64,000 nt of DNA from Octopus sinensis (taxonomy: Eukaryota). The stretch spans positions 162,936,001-163,000,000 of the forward strand of contig NC_042998.1 in the NCBI RefSeq assembly GCF_006345805.1, read 5' to 3'. The position numbers and the translations under genes were made by a program. The notes below the pieces were generated by a model. It ran no database searches. It was not told the DNA's origin and saw only the letters and a program-made list of their open reading frames with translations. This document shows positions 49,942-63,510 of this stretch, in pieces; position 1 is the first letter of the stretch, and each line of letters begins with the position of its first letter.

Positions 49942-52900
49942 TTTTATTATAATATTTAAATACAAAGAAACAAGAAAGAAGAGAAATAAGAAAGGAAAAA
50001 GAAAAGGGAAAATAGGTGGGGGTAAAGCAGCGGAAGATAGAGAGGGAGAGGAAAATGGGCTACGTACCCTAGAACAAATGGTGTACTTAGCCGCGCCCCA
50101 CGGTAATGACCGCGTGGGCGTTGCCGCGGAGAATGGCCAGTGACACTCGCTACAGAAGCCACTCCACTTCGCGGTGCTCATTTCTCCGACATTCAGTAGT
50201 TATCCCTATTTTGTAGAAGAAATTGGTAGAGGAGGGTCTGAAAACATCTGACGACTCAATGGTAACTGGAAGCGGCCGGCCAGGCCATAGTATTTATTGA
50301 TTTTTCTCTCCTCCGCATTACGGGCGGCGACACTTATATGATCGGTTGATAGTTCTTAGCGCGTTTCCAAAAAATATCTGTAATAAACAGAATAATTTTC
50401 TGTTGCTGACCAACGAAGAACTTTTCATTGAAGTTATCTATTTTTTTCTTAATTCGTCTATCGACATTTCTGTTTCAGTCAACAGAAATCTTATGTAAAA
50501 TATGTGACCAATTTATTTTGGTTAATGTCAAAAGTAACAATTAACCTTTTAAATAAACATACAAATATATGAACATCATAATCAGTATGTTTTGATACTG
50601 TTTGAAACGGGTCTCTTATTTGGGGCTATTGAAGCGATAGGTTTCGTATTTATTGTGTTTGATGGTGGTTACTACAGACATATGATTGGGGAGGGTAAGA
50701 CGGTAGCCTTTTTAATTATGTTGATAATGACCATTCTACTAATTAGCGATGGAGTTTCAATTACTGTAACAACCCACATCTTAAACCGGTTACTCCTCCT
50801 ACTACTACAACTGGTGATGGTGGTAGTAATAGTAGAAGGAGAGAAAAGAAGAAGAGTAGTAGCAAGTCCTTGGTAGTTTATGTATATTGAAATTGTCTCG
50901 GTACATAAGTACCTTGTTTTAGTTACCATCACGAAGCTAATCGAACGGATACCTTCACGTCTGTCTTTTGGTATCCCGTCCCAACTTAGAATTCTTTCAA
51001 AATTTCTTCCTTCTCTAATCATCTGTTATCCTTCTAATCTCCATGTTACTTTATTCTTTAATATTCTTCCTCGCGAATTTTTGATCAGTGCATTTGATTA
51101 TGCATTCTTCCGAATATCATAAAATAAGTATATACATACACAAAAATTATATAAATTTAATGTGGTCCTAATCAGCAAATATTGAAATGAGGACAATAGA
51201 TATATATACGATTGGGACGCCGAAGCATTCTGTTGCTGAACAAAGAAGTAATTTTGGGGGGAAATGCCAGCAATGTAAATAAAATAGAAGGATTACAATG
51301 AGTAACAAAATTTTTATTTTTATTAATTTATTATATATTTATCTTAAAACTGAGACTGTGTGTCTGTCTGTGTGAATCCCTAAAACTCGAGGACTACACA
51401 TCGGATTTCATTCAAATTTTGCACATGCAGTGTCATGGGACAAAAAAGGTTCAGCTTCTTGCCTAATGAGACCCCGGAGCAATCTCTTATCTCTTACACT
51501 ATATCAATTCAGAGTGCCATCATATCATAAACATATACAACACTTGAAACTCAGTTCGTATTAGTTAACGATGTAGACGTGCTTATTCTTGAAACACTAT
51601 TAGAAGTACTATAACAAATTTTTAAAAACTTCTGTTTGAATTCACTCATGCTCACAGCGCACATATTCCATCAGGGCTGACATACCAACAACGTTTATAT
51701 ATTAATCAAGCTGGAAAAAAATAAACTAAAATTTTAATTCAATCTAGCTTATAAGTTGATCTTCCCTATCGCGAAATCATGAACGTATCGTCTTTTATGA
51801 AAGTAGTACCTAATGCACTTACGCAGTAACATGCAAGATGTTTTTAAACTTTTTGATACCAACCTGAATGAAACTGCCTTTCGTTTTATATGACAAATTC
51901 TCTGCTTTAAAGAGGTCAAAATTAAAACGTTTCCTAATAACTTATGTTCAAACAATAGCTTAATACGTTATTTTACGAAATCCTTCGTTATTTTCAAAAT
52001 TAAATTAAACGAAAGCAGTGTATTCATTTCAACAGAAATATGGTGGCAAAATGGCTTAAACAGCCTTTCAGCTGATGTTCCCTGATTGTGTATATCATTT
52101 TAACCTTTGAAACTCTAAGAGCTATTTTATAAAAAGCCCACAAAGAACAGATATTCATGTGAAACTTGAAAGAACTGTCGCCGACAACTATCAAAACATT
52201 TTGTGTTTTGTAGTTTAAATGACGCTTGCGGTTCTACAGTTTTGTTGAGTCATAGTATACCAAATCGTACATTGCTGCTTTGGACACTATCACAGCATTT
52301 GTGGCAACAAAGCCGAATTCAAAGTATGAGACGTCATTGTGCGAATTCTTTTAAAGATAACACTGTATAACACGGTTTTTGTCTTTGGGTAGCAAGTGTT
52401 ATTTCCTCTTTGCTTACCCATAGAAAGTATGAAAAATGGCTGAAATTTTCTTCAAGCTTTGCATTTGTTATATTTATCCAAACTCCCAAAGAATTCCTCT
52501 CAACACATGGTTATGATGCTCCCTCACTACTACTGCTCATAATCAGACATGCACATATTGTCAGCCATCAAAGGACATGCTCAAGTGGTTAAGGTCAAGC
52601 AACTGACAAGCAAGTCTGTGGTATTGAGCAGAATATTTACTATAATAATATTTCTGTTTCAGCAACTCAGCACTGAATCTGTATGAAATGTAATGGCAAA
52701 TAGGTCAGCATCAAAATATTGATGTCCAGGTCACAAAAACCAAAGTGTGAAGGGAATAGTGGTCATTTCCTTTGATTTCTAGATGGAAGTAAATAGGAAA
52801 TATGACTTACTGACCAAAGACGAAAAAAAAATGTTACACAGTGTAATAAATAAAGGACCATTTCAATTAACAATTAATTAATTCGGCGCATATTATCGTT

Positions 52901-53059
52901 ACATATGATCGTAATAATTGGTGACCTTATAAACCGTTACATATTCGTCACCTATTTACAATCTTTCGGTCATAGATTCCTCTCAAACCATTTCTGGATA
53001 ACATAAGCCACTTTGTTTATAACAGCATCTCAATTCCTATCTAACCATAAGTCTGGGTG

Positions 53060-53260
53060 AAACCGTATCCTGTTCAACGTCCCACGATGCTGACCAGTGG
53101 CTGGGCCATGCCTCTCCAGATATCGAGCTGCAAATCTATAGATTAGTCAAAGTTAATTTTTACTCCCGTCAATGCCCTGTATTCCTTTAGAATGGTGGCG
53201 ATCATTCTGTTTTATGGTGAGGATGTCAGCATATATCGTTGATACTCTCCGGGTTTCCAT
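53060..53260 (-). pseudogene. Old Tx1/L1-clade RT fragment
   Basis: Minus frames VSTIYADILT... / ILKEYRALTGVKINFD*SIDLQLDIWRG...IVGR* resemble Tx1 RT 'YADD...LKEYEAVTGAKINxxKSxGLxLGxWRG'. Confidence 0.65.
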
Positions 53261-53483
53261 TTCGATGTGGTTACCCCCTCAACGTTTTTAGTTTCCTCAG
53301 AAGACAAATATTTATTTACAGGAAAGGCGATATTTGATATTAAAGATAATAGAAATGAATAAATAAGATATTTGTTTGACTGGGTATAAAATTTTGTTTT
53401 GGAATTATTAACGTGTAAATTAATCTTGTTCTTACACCTGTCTTACTACCTGGTTGGTTTATCTACCAGTGTGCGCGCGTGCG

Positions 53484-53546
<63 letters not shown>

Positions 53547-53561
53547 ATATATATATATATG

Positions 53562-53594
<33 letters not shown>

Positions 53595-53679
53595 ATATGT
53601 ATCTATATATATATATATATGTATATATATATGTATATATATATATATATATATAATATATATTATATATATATATATA

Positions 53680-53714
<35 letters not shown>

Positions 53715-53974
53715 TGCGCGTATTTTTGTTATTCTTTTGAATTTGAGTACCTATTTGTGTATATGTATCTGTCTGGAGACCTACCTATTTATTAATATAT
53801 GCGTCTCTCTATGGATTTCTTTGAATTGAGGCAAACCTAATACCTACCATATTTCCCACACATCTGTGGTTATATTTCAATCTCTTTTGAAATAGCCCAT
53901 TTTTAAATAAGTATGAAGAAAAAGCGTTTTACTCTTTAGCGACACTTTTCTCTTTCGACTAATTGTGCCGCTTC

Positions 53975-54400
53975 AGAGTTTTGAGGGAAGGTGTAAGTCG
54001 ATTACGTCAACTCCAGTGCTCAACTGGTACTTATTTTATTGACCACGAAAGAATGAAGGACAAAGTTGGCCTCAGCAGAATTTGAACTCAGAACGTAAAG
54101 ACGGGCGAAATTCTGCAAAGGCATTTTTTTCCGGCGTGCAAACGATTCTGCCAGCTCGCCGCCTTATGTAAGACTTGTAATAATGATTTCAAATTTTAGA
54201 ACAAGCCAGCAGTTCCGGGTGAGACGTAAGTCGATTACATCGACCCCAGTGCTCAACTGGTACCTATTTTATCGACTCCAAAATGTTGTAAGGCGAAGTC
54301 GACCTCGGTGAAATTTGAGCTCAGAACGTAAAGATGGTCGAAATGCTGCTAAGCATTTTTGCCCGACGTGTAAACTCTTCGTCCAGCACGCTGCTTTATG
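53975..54400 (-). mobile_element. Two adjacent family B SINEs
   Basis: Reverse-complement copies at ~53975-54168 and ~54185-54400. Confidence 0.8.
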
Positions 54401-54557
54401 TTAAAGGTGTGAAATAGAAAGAGTTTTGTACGACAACTGACGAGGAATACGCACGTCTATATCTTGTATGTATATTATCCGTTCGTTCTTGTGATGTGCT
54501 TCTGCTTAACTCTTGAAACTTACTATTTAATGCAAGCCACACACAGTAAGCAAAGAA

Positions 54558-54732
54558 ATTGTAGCGTGGATAGTGGATTGGATAGGTGCGGTCCGCCCCG
54601 GATGACGCATTTATTATGTGGCAGTTATGGGTCGGTTGTATAAGCCTGTACAGTCATTGGAGGTCAGAAGGGTGAGGGCGTGAAACTCAAGGGCTACCTC
54701 GGAGAAGGAGTAACACTCCAGCTACGCCACTG
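54558..54732. mobile_element. hAT-like MITE, degenerate
   Basis: Right end CCAGCTACGCCACTG and internal GCGGTCCGCCCCGG resemble the 56046 element. Confidence 0.5.
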
Positions 54733-54807
54733 GAGATAAACGAAAATCAGATTAACGTAAAATTGCTTTTATTATAATTGAGCATGAAAACAAACATTAA
54801 TACATAC

Positions 54808-54845
<38 letters not shown>

Positions 54846-54860
54846 ATGTGTGTGTATATA

Positions 54861-55050
54861 TCTATTATATAAAATCCGTTCTGTCTGTGTGTCTTCTAGG
54901 ATCTCGGGCATCCTCCATCCGATTGCGCTCAAATTTGATATGTAGATACCGACGGTATCAGGGCGTGTACAAGTCTTGCAAAAATTATAAAAATTGATTC
55001 CAGGTGAGAATGCGATCAGCACCGTCCATTAGACGGGAGGCGTTTTGCTC

Positions 55051-55051
<1 letters not shown>
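54861..55051 (+). mobile_element. Non-autonomous Helitron-like element (family H1, 191 bp deleted copy)
   Basis: A|TCTATTATATAAAATCCG...GCACCGTCCATTAGACGG...TTTTGCTCG|T. Confidence 0.72.
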
Positions 55052-55091
<40 letters not shown>

Positions 55092-55092
<1 letters not shown>

Positions 55093-56650
55093 GAGGTGCA
55101 TTCAAAAAGTATCCGACCTTTGAGCATCAAAATGCAATTTCGTGCATTGCGCAAATTTTGTTTTATAACCTTCAACCCCCTTGCCCCATCGCTTCCTTGG
55201 GAGTTCACATTCTTTTCCCAGCGCTTCGGCCACTGCTGGTGACACTTCCGAGACGCCTTCTCTGAAATGCTACAGAGCTTCGCCATCACGTTTCTCATAT
55301 TTCCTCCTGCAACTCACCCTTTCAGCGTAGTTTTCAGTTTGAGGAAGAACCAGAAATCACATGGTGTCAAGTCGAAAGAGTAAGGAACCTGTTAAAATAG
55401 TGGTGTGTTGCTCTTGACCAGGGAAACTTGGATTACGAGTTGCGTTCCAAAGTATCCAGCATTTCTTATCAACTATCTCCGCATGCACAAATCTTCCGTT
55501 AAAATGGAATGTGCTTATTCCCACTTCGTGAGTAATTTCCTAGATTACTACGTATCAGTCTTCTATAGTTTTTTCGCGAACCTTCTCAATCGGGTCCTCG
55601 TTTCGGTTTGTGGATGGCCTGCCTGAGCGTAACTCGTTCCCCACTGAGGTGGTGGGGGGCATGTTTGAAGCGGTTGTACCACTCCTTGATCTGAGTTTTG
55701 CCCATAACATCATTGCCAAAACCCTACTGAGCCTTCCTGCTGGTTTGATCTTGAGTATCACAGAGGTTTTGGAAAAATTTGATGCAATATCTCTCTTCTT
55801 GTCGTCTTGAGTGAAATCGAAAATGTGAAGAACGCGCACTCCATGTCTGTAATCTTGGCGTAACATCCTGGAACGCAATAGCCTTATAGCGTGAAAAGTT
55901 TCAGGCATGCTTAGAAAGAGTGAAGTTACTGTCTATCTAAAGGATTTTGTCCATGCAACATTACTTTTGACGAAATTATATTTCGGATTTGTGTGTGTGT
56001 AAAACAAAGATAAGAAGGAATAAAAATTTAACTGTTGATGACACCCACTAGCGTAGCTGGGGGAGTGGGGGCGATAGGGGCGGTCCGCCTCAGGCGGCAC
56101 TTTTAAAGGGGCACCACTTTTGGGTCTGTTGTAGGCAATATGTGTTTTCTTTTTTTTTGTGGGGTCCGGGGGCGGCAAACGGAAAGGCAGCCCTGGGCGG
56201 CACACACTCTAGCTACGCTAGTGATTACACCACATAATAGCAACGGTCGTTTCTGTTGTGTCAGCATATTTAGATAACGTTATTAAGACAATCCAAATTG
56301 GTTAAATTCAAAGTGAACTAAAAAGAAATGTCTCTTGTAGACGAACGCATACAAAAAGAAGGTTGTGCATTCTTTCCCATAAACTGAGTGTATGTTTCGA
56401 GTCGCGATTCGGTTGCAGAGTTTCCTTTTTTGTACTCATAAAGCATTATGTGCCTCAACTGCTCTTTGGATACTTCCATGTTAGAAAGGGTTTTAATCAA
56501 AGAAATTTTAATTCTATTATTCTATTATTCTGTAAAATAATATTTGATTAGTTTAAATGTGCACAAATGCATAAAAATAATTTTAAATTCCATTAGACTC
56601 ATTCAATTATAAAAAAGGTAAAGTTGGACAGAACTTATGGGATGACCTGA
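55092..56650 (-). mobile_element. Composite transposon block, copy 1: internally deleted mariner A, hAT MITE, 5' end of mariner B
   Basis: TIR CGAGGTGCATTCAAAAAGTATCCG at 55092; minus frames QEERYCIKFFQNL and RSGRPSTNRNEDPIEKV; MEVSKEQLRHIMLYEYKKGNSATES at ~56400-56480; second TIR type CAGGTCATCCCATAAGTTCTGTCC (minus) ending ~56649. Confidence 0.85.
56046..56223. mobile_element. hAT-type MITE (178 bp)
   Basis: 13 bp TIR CACTAGCGTAGCT; 8 bp target duplication ATGACACC / ATTACACC. Confidence 0.8.
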
Positions 56651-56667
56651 TATATATATATATATAT

Positions 56668-56697
<30 letters not shown>

Positions 56698-56698
<1 letters not shown>

Positions 56699-58255
56699 GA
56701 GGTGCATTCAAAAAGTATCCGACCTTTGAGCATCAAAATGCAATTTCGTGCATTGCGCAAATTTTGTTTTATAACCTTCAACCCCCTTGCCCCATCGCTT
56801 CCTTGGGAGTTCACATTCTTTTCCCAGCGCTTCGGCCACTGCTGGTGACACTTCCGAGACGCCTTCTCTGAAATGCTACAGAGCTTCGCCATCACGTTTC
56901 TCATAATTTCCTCCTGCAACTCACCCTTTCAGCGTAGTTTTCAGTTTGAGGAAGAACCAGAAATCACATGGTGTCAAGTCGAAAGAGTAAGGAACCTGTT
57001 AAAATAGTGGTGTGTTGCTCTTGACCAGGGAAACTTGGATTACGAGTTGCGTTCCAAAGTATCCAGCATTTCTTATCAACTATCTCCGCATGCACAAATC
57101 TTCCGTTAAAATGGAATGTGCTTATTCCCACTTCGTGAGTAATTTCCTAGATTACTACGTATCAGTCTTCTATAGTTTTTTCGCGAACCTTCTCAATCGG
57201 GTCCTCGTTTCGGTTTGTGGATGGCCTGCCTGAGCGTAACTCGTTCCCCACTGAGGTGGTGGGGGGCATGTTTGAAGCGGTTGTACCACTCCTTGATCTG
57301 AGTTTTGCCCATAACATCATTGCCAAAACCCTACTGAGCCTTCCTGCTGGTTTGATCTTGAGTATCACAGAGGTTTTGGAAAAATTTGATGCAATATCTC
57401 TCTTCTTGTCGTCTTGAGTGAAATCGAAAATGTGAAGAACGCGCACTCCATGTCTGTAATCTTGGCGTAACATCCTGGAACGCAAATAGCCTTATAGCGT
57501 GAAAAGTTTCAGGCATGCTTAGAAAGAGTGAAGTTACTGTCTATCTAAAGGATTTTGTCCATGCAACATTACTTTTGACGAAATTATATTTCGGATTTGT
57601 GTGTGTGTAAAACAAAGATAAGAAGGAATAAAAATTTAACTGTTGATGACACCCACTAGCGTAGCTGGGGGAGTGGGGGCGATAGGGGCGGTCCGCCTCA
57701 GGCGGCACTTTTAAAGGGGCACCACTTTTGGGTCTGTTGTAGGCAATATGTGTTTTCTTTTTTTTTTGTGGGGTCCGGGGGCGGCAAACGGAAAGGCAGC
57801 CCTGGGCGGCACACACTCTAGCTACGCTAGTGATTACACCACATAATAGCAACGGTCGTTTCTGTTGTGTCAGCATATTTAGATAACGTTATTAAGACAA
57901 TCCAAATTGGTTAAATTCAAAGTGAACTAAAAAGAAATGTCTCTTGTAGACGAACGCATACAAAAAGAAGGTTGTGCATTCTTTCCCATAAACTGAGTGT
58001 ATGTTTCGAGTCGCGATTCGGTTGCAGAGTTTCCTTTTTTGTACTCATAAAGCATTATGTGCCTCAACTGCTCTTTGGATACTTCCATGTTAGAAAGGGT
58101 TTTAATCAAAGAAATTTTAATTCTATTATTCTATTATTCTGTAAAATAATATTTGATTAGTTTAAATGTGCACAAATGCATAAAAATAATTTTAAATTCC
58201 ATTAGACTCATTCAATTATAAAAAAGGTAAAGTTGGACAGAACTTATGGGATGAC

Positions 58256-58259
<4 letters not shown>
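56698..58259 (-). repeat. Composite transposon block, copy 2 (tandem duplicate of 55092-56650)
   Basis: Offset 1606-1609 bp; near-identical apart from a few 1 bp indels; includes the hAT MITE at 57654-57832. Confidence 0.92.
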
Positions 58260-58304
<45 letters not shown>

Positions 58305-58334
58305 TGTATGTGAATACATATTTATCTTTTACTC

Positions 58335-58780
58335 TTTTAATCTCTTTTGTTTCAGTCATTTGATAGTGGCCATGCTAGAGCACCACCTTTAGTCAAACAA
58401 ATTGACCCCTGGACTTTGTAAAGTAGCTTGCTTACGAACCACATGGCTCTGGGTTCAGTTCCACTGTGTGGCACCTTGGGCAAATGTCTTCTACTATAGG
58501 CTCAGGCCGACCAAAGCCTTGTGAGTGGATTTGGTAGATGGAAACTGAAAGGAGCCCGTTGTGTATATATGTGTGTGTGTGTATGTTTGTGAGTCTGTTT
58601 GTCTCCCCATTGCTTGACAACCGATGCAAGTGTGTTTATTCCCTGTAACTTAGCAGTTCGGCAAAAGTGTCCGATAGAATAAGCACTAGGCTCACAAAGA
58701 ATAAGTCATGGGCTTGATTTGTTTGACTAAAGGTGGTGCTCCAGTATAGCCACAGTCAAATGACTGAAACAAATTAAGGA
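58335..58780. mobile_element. SINE family A (plus strand) preceded by an inverted fragment of its 3' end
   Basis: Minus-strand tail piece at ~58335-58415, then a plus-strand copy from ~58420 to 58780. Confidence 0.75.
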
Positions 58781-59204
58781 ATATATATGTGTGTGTGTGT
58801 ATGTATATATATATGTGTGTGTGTATATATGTGTGTGTGTTTTCATCTATGACTACTAGCATGTAAATTGTAGTTAGGGCTACTATGGTGTACATTAACT
58901 TCCATTAACTTTCACCTATCCAAGTTTTAGGCAATGGACAATGTCATTCTCATAGATATAAGCAAATAAAGAATTAGAATACTAGTTTTATGTCTTACTA
59001 CATTCCCTATCCCTCCTTCACCTGCCCCCACCTCTCTCTCTCTGTCTCTGCCACGTGTATACTTATCAAGTGATATTAATCACATCACAATCACAGAATT
59101 GCAGCAATCACAATGGCATTTATGACAGAATTAATCTGAGTGCCTATCATGAAAGGAATGAGTTAAAGTCAAGTTGAGAGACATATAATGCTTAAGTGCG
59201 CACG

Positions 59205-59257
<53 letters not shown>

Positions 59258-59644
59258 TCACTCACTCTTACACGTTTCTATGCATGTACACATAACACAT
59301 ATAAATATGCCATAAATATATTGTATGTATATATATGTGTGTGTATATATTTCTGAGTCCAACACATGTTAGTATGGAACATGGATGATGATACTAAATG
59401 ATGATGATGATGCTATATACATATAAATAAGTATATGTTTATAAGTATATAGATGTGTATATGTATGTATATATATGTGTGTATGTATGTATATATGGAT
59501 GTATATGTATATATATATATGTGTGTATGTGTGTATATATGGATGTATATGTATATATATAATATATGCATATATATATGTATATGCATGTATATATATA
59601 TATATATACATATATATGTATATGCATGTATATATATATATATA

Positions 59645-59681
<37 letters not shown>

Positions 59682-59742
59682 GTGTGTGTGTATATATGTG
59701 TATATATATGTATATATATATATATACATAGATGTATATGTG

Positions 59743-60800
59743 TATTGTTTTCGCATTTATATTCGTGTGGCATCGTCCGTTTTTCTGTCCTTGTTTCGTA
59801 TACATTCGATCCTTTTTCCAAGAAATCTAATGCTCGTAGCTTAGTTTTTCCTTGGGGCTGGCCGGATCGGAGCAATCTCAAGATTAATCAGCCGAAATTG
59901 CGAGGATGATCCGGTTCTTGACTGAAGATTAGAGGCTTCGAATGACCCGTCCGTTTTTTTGTGTCGGCTATTTGAATGTTTTGCGTTCTTGTCCCATTTT
60001 GTATTTATATATATTTTTTTTTATACATAAATCATTGCGGCGTAACGTGCACCTTGTTCTCTTATATGTATGTAAGCATTCCACTACTTTGTACGACTTC
60101 TACACACACTTTCTCTATACTTTACTGGTCTCTGGCTTTCTCTTTTCTCGCCTCTTTGGCTCTTTGGTCTCCTCTTCACCCACTCTTTCACATTTCTCTA
60201 TCTTGCTCACTTTGCACCTCACTGACCCTGCCTTTCTTTTGTCCCGCCAATCCTTGGCACGCTCTCTTTCTTCTCCCCTCCTTAATTCCTTCTTTCTCTC
60301 TCTTCTCCCCCTCTTTGGTGCCTTTGTCCCTCTTTTTCTCTCTATTCTCTTCTTACGTGACCGCCGATCAACTAGCCTTTCGGCTTCTGAGCACCGCCAC
60401 GACAACATCGATATTTTCGTCTGCCGTAAGGCATTATTTTCCAAATACGCCAGCTAAGCTAAGTTGAACTGTCTAAAGTCGAAAGACACCTGTTATTTTT
60501 GTCCTGTTACTATTATTATTGTTTTTTTTGTATTTATATTCGTGTGGCATCGTCCGTTTTGCTGTCCTTGTTTCGTATACATTCGATCCTTTTTCCAAGA
60601 AATCTAATGCTCGTAGCTTAGTTTTTCCTTGGGGCTGGCCAGATCGGAACGATCTCAAGATTAATCAGCCGAAATTGCGAGGATGATCCGGTTCTTAACT
60701 GAAGATTAGAGGCTTCGAATGACCCGTCCGTTTTTTTTGTGTCGTCTATTTGAATGTTTTGCGTTCTTGTCCCATTTTGTATTTTTATATATATTTTTTA
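59743..60800. mobile_element. Non-coding element with ~270 bp terminal direct repeats (777 bp period); Penelope-like partial tandem or TRIM-like
   Basis: ATTCGTGTGGCATCGTCCG...TGTCCCATTTTGTATTT occurs at 59761 and 60538 around a ~500 bp pyrimidine-rich interior; both outer flanks are TA-rich microsatellite. Confidence 0.65.
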
Positions 60801-61739
60801 TATCTATATATATATACATATATATATATACATACATATGTATGTCTGCATCAATATATGCGAAGAGAAAGGCTGAAGGCTACAGAATCAGTATAGTGAA
60901 ATTGCTGTGAAGGGTGGAAAATTTTTCAGATTTCCCTTCTCCAGGAAAAAAATTGACTGAATGGAAGTAAAAGAAAGACAGCAGACTTTCGTATCCCCTA
61001 AGTTTGAAAAACTGGCTGCAACTGATGATGAACACAAGCCAACTTGAGTTGCATACGTGAACAGGATGTAGTACAAGGAAGAGACAATATTGAGGCTTGA
61101 GAAGAGTTAAAGAATTAAAATGGGATTAGTGAACTAAGAGGAGATGTAGCTGTAGAAAAAGAAACTCTTATTTAAAACCATTGGTGGCATGGTTCCGAGT
61201 TTGTATATGAAGAATTTTTCCTTCTGTTTCTGCAAATCTATGGGGATCGTGACTAAAGCTAGAAATAAGAGTAAGAGCTATGCGGTGAAATGTATAACAT
61301 CACTAATAGAACATATGAATTAATTAATCCCATGTAGAAATAGATATTTAACTTCATGTCACAACAAATTCAAGGTGATAGCTCCCTGGAGAGAACACAA
61401 GTTTAGAAAGCAAAGGAACAAGAACCAGATGTTTTGCTGAGATGGTCATAACATCAAAAGTATTTTAGAAATAGATTAGAAAAAAAAAGAGAAAAGAGAT
61501 TCCTTATATAAAATAGTGATTTGATAACCAATGTATTTCAGTTTTGGATGGTTAATGATATAGAAAGATGGGGGACTAATTTTAGAATTTGCCATTGATA
61601 ATTAAATGGTGGATAGTTTGATTTTAATGAGTTATTCAGATGTTAATGGTTTAAAATGTTTAATTATTTGTAGAATCTTATGACTAAATTTGTTGACTGT
61701 TTATGATGACTTATGGTTAGTATTTCATTTTTTTCATAC

Positions 61740-62290
61740 TAGTGGCTGTGAAATAATTTAATTAACTGAATTAATTGGATGACTAATACTTTCATTGGTT
61801 GACTTAATCGGATGGCTAATAACTTAATTAGATAATCTCATTGGATAGCAAATAATTTAATTAGATAATCTAACTGGATAGCTATTTCCTAATTAATTGA
61901 ATGATTTTGAGTTTAATTAGATAGCACAAATGGATGGTTAATATTTTAATTAGAAGGCTCAAAGAGATAGTTAATAATTTAATTAGATCAATTAAAGAGA
62001 TGGTTAATAATTTAATTAGAAGACCTCAAAGATGGTTAATATTTATATTAGATGACCTGACTGGATAACTAATAAGTTAATTATAGTCAACTAATTAGTT
62101 GACTGACAGATTAATTAGATTAACTAAATGGACAATTAATAGCTTAATTACATGACCTGACTGAACATGTAATAGCTTCATTATATGACCTAATTGGAAG
62201 GATAATAGTTTAATGTGAAGACCTAACTGAATGGATAATGGTTTAATTAGGTAATCTAACTGGATGGTTAATGACTTTATCAGTTACCTG
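61740..62290. repeat. Degenerate 33 bp minisatellite
   Basis: Approximate consensus TTAATTAGATGACCTAACTGGATGGTTAATAGT, roughly 15 units. Confidence 0.8.
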
Positions 62291-62729
62291 TGATGTTAAC
62301 TAGTTGATGACGCTAATCGCTAGTAACTATGCTTGAATCATTTATTGTTAAGCATGATCTCTTGATCCAGGTGAAGAGGCGGAGAAAGCTTTTCCAGTTG
62401 TGGTTTTGGAGAATTCGTTAGTGTAACAATTGATTATTTGACTGTCTTAACCTACTAATTAACTACCTCCCTCATGTTTGCTCTGTCATCTTGCTTGCAC
62501 TAATCAATTGTCACATCGCCTTCTGAATGGCTCTCAATGTTGCACGTTGGTTCAATATCTGTTATTGATTTCTATTGATATACTTTACTTTCCAGACACA
62601 TGCAGCAACAACAACAAAAGCAACAACAATCACACAAACACTAATATTATCATTGTCGCAGTCAGTATCCTCATCATCAATTATGGGTTATCAACCCCTT
62701 CATACTCTCTTTTTCTTTATACATGTTTA

Positions 62730-63042
62730 TGTGTGTGTGTATATATATACAGAGAGAGAAAGGGAGATAGAGAGCTACATACATGTATGTCTATACATGT
62801 GTTTATATATATGTATATATATATATGTGTGTGTATATATATATACATATATATATATATATACATGTGTATATGTATATATATATATATGCATGTATAT
62901 ATGTATATATATATATATGTATGTATATATGTGTATATATATATATGTGTGTATATATGTATATATATATATATGTATATATATATATGTTTGTGTATAT
63001 ACATATATATATGTGTGTGTATATAAATGTATGTATATATAT

Positions 63043-63076
<34 letters not shown>

Positions 63077-63081
63077 ATATA

Positions 63082-63112
<31 letters not shown>

Positions 63113-63414
63113 GCATGTATATATTGTATATATATATGCATGTATATATTGTATATATATGTATATGTATATATATATATGTATATATGTATATATATAT
63201 GTATATATGTATATATATATATGTAGGTATATATGTTTATATATATATATATGTATATATATGTGTATGTACATCTATATATATATATATGTGTATGCGT
63301 ATGTATATATGTATATATATGTGCATGTACATATATATATGTATATATATAAATGTATGCATATATGTATATATATGTATATGTATGTATGTATATATAT
63401 ATATATGTACATGC

Positions 63415-63450
<36 letters not shown>

Positions 63451-63510
63451 GTATATATGTATGTATATATATATATATGTATATGTATGATGTTTATAGA
63501 TATGTATTAA
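62730..63510. repeat. Degenerate (TA)n/(TATG)n low-complexity tract
   Basis: Direct inspection; similar tracts at 25000-25330, 29260-29780, 53480-53720 and 59410-59730. Confidence 0.95.

Noticed and set aside
50030-50350. CpG-richer non-repetitive-looking patch
   Set aside because: No ORF, termini or second copy to assign it; could be a regulatory element or a transposon interior.
59942-60467. 109-171 aa ORFs in the direct-repeat element
   Set aside because: Low-complexity Leu/Ser/Phe or Arg/Glu/Lys products of CT-rich sequence, with no RT or GIY-YIG motifs.
61740-62290. 33 bp unit as an 11-codon protein repeat (LLTIQLGHLIK on minus)
   Set aside because: In-frame stops in actual units and non-triplet indels.
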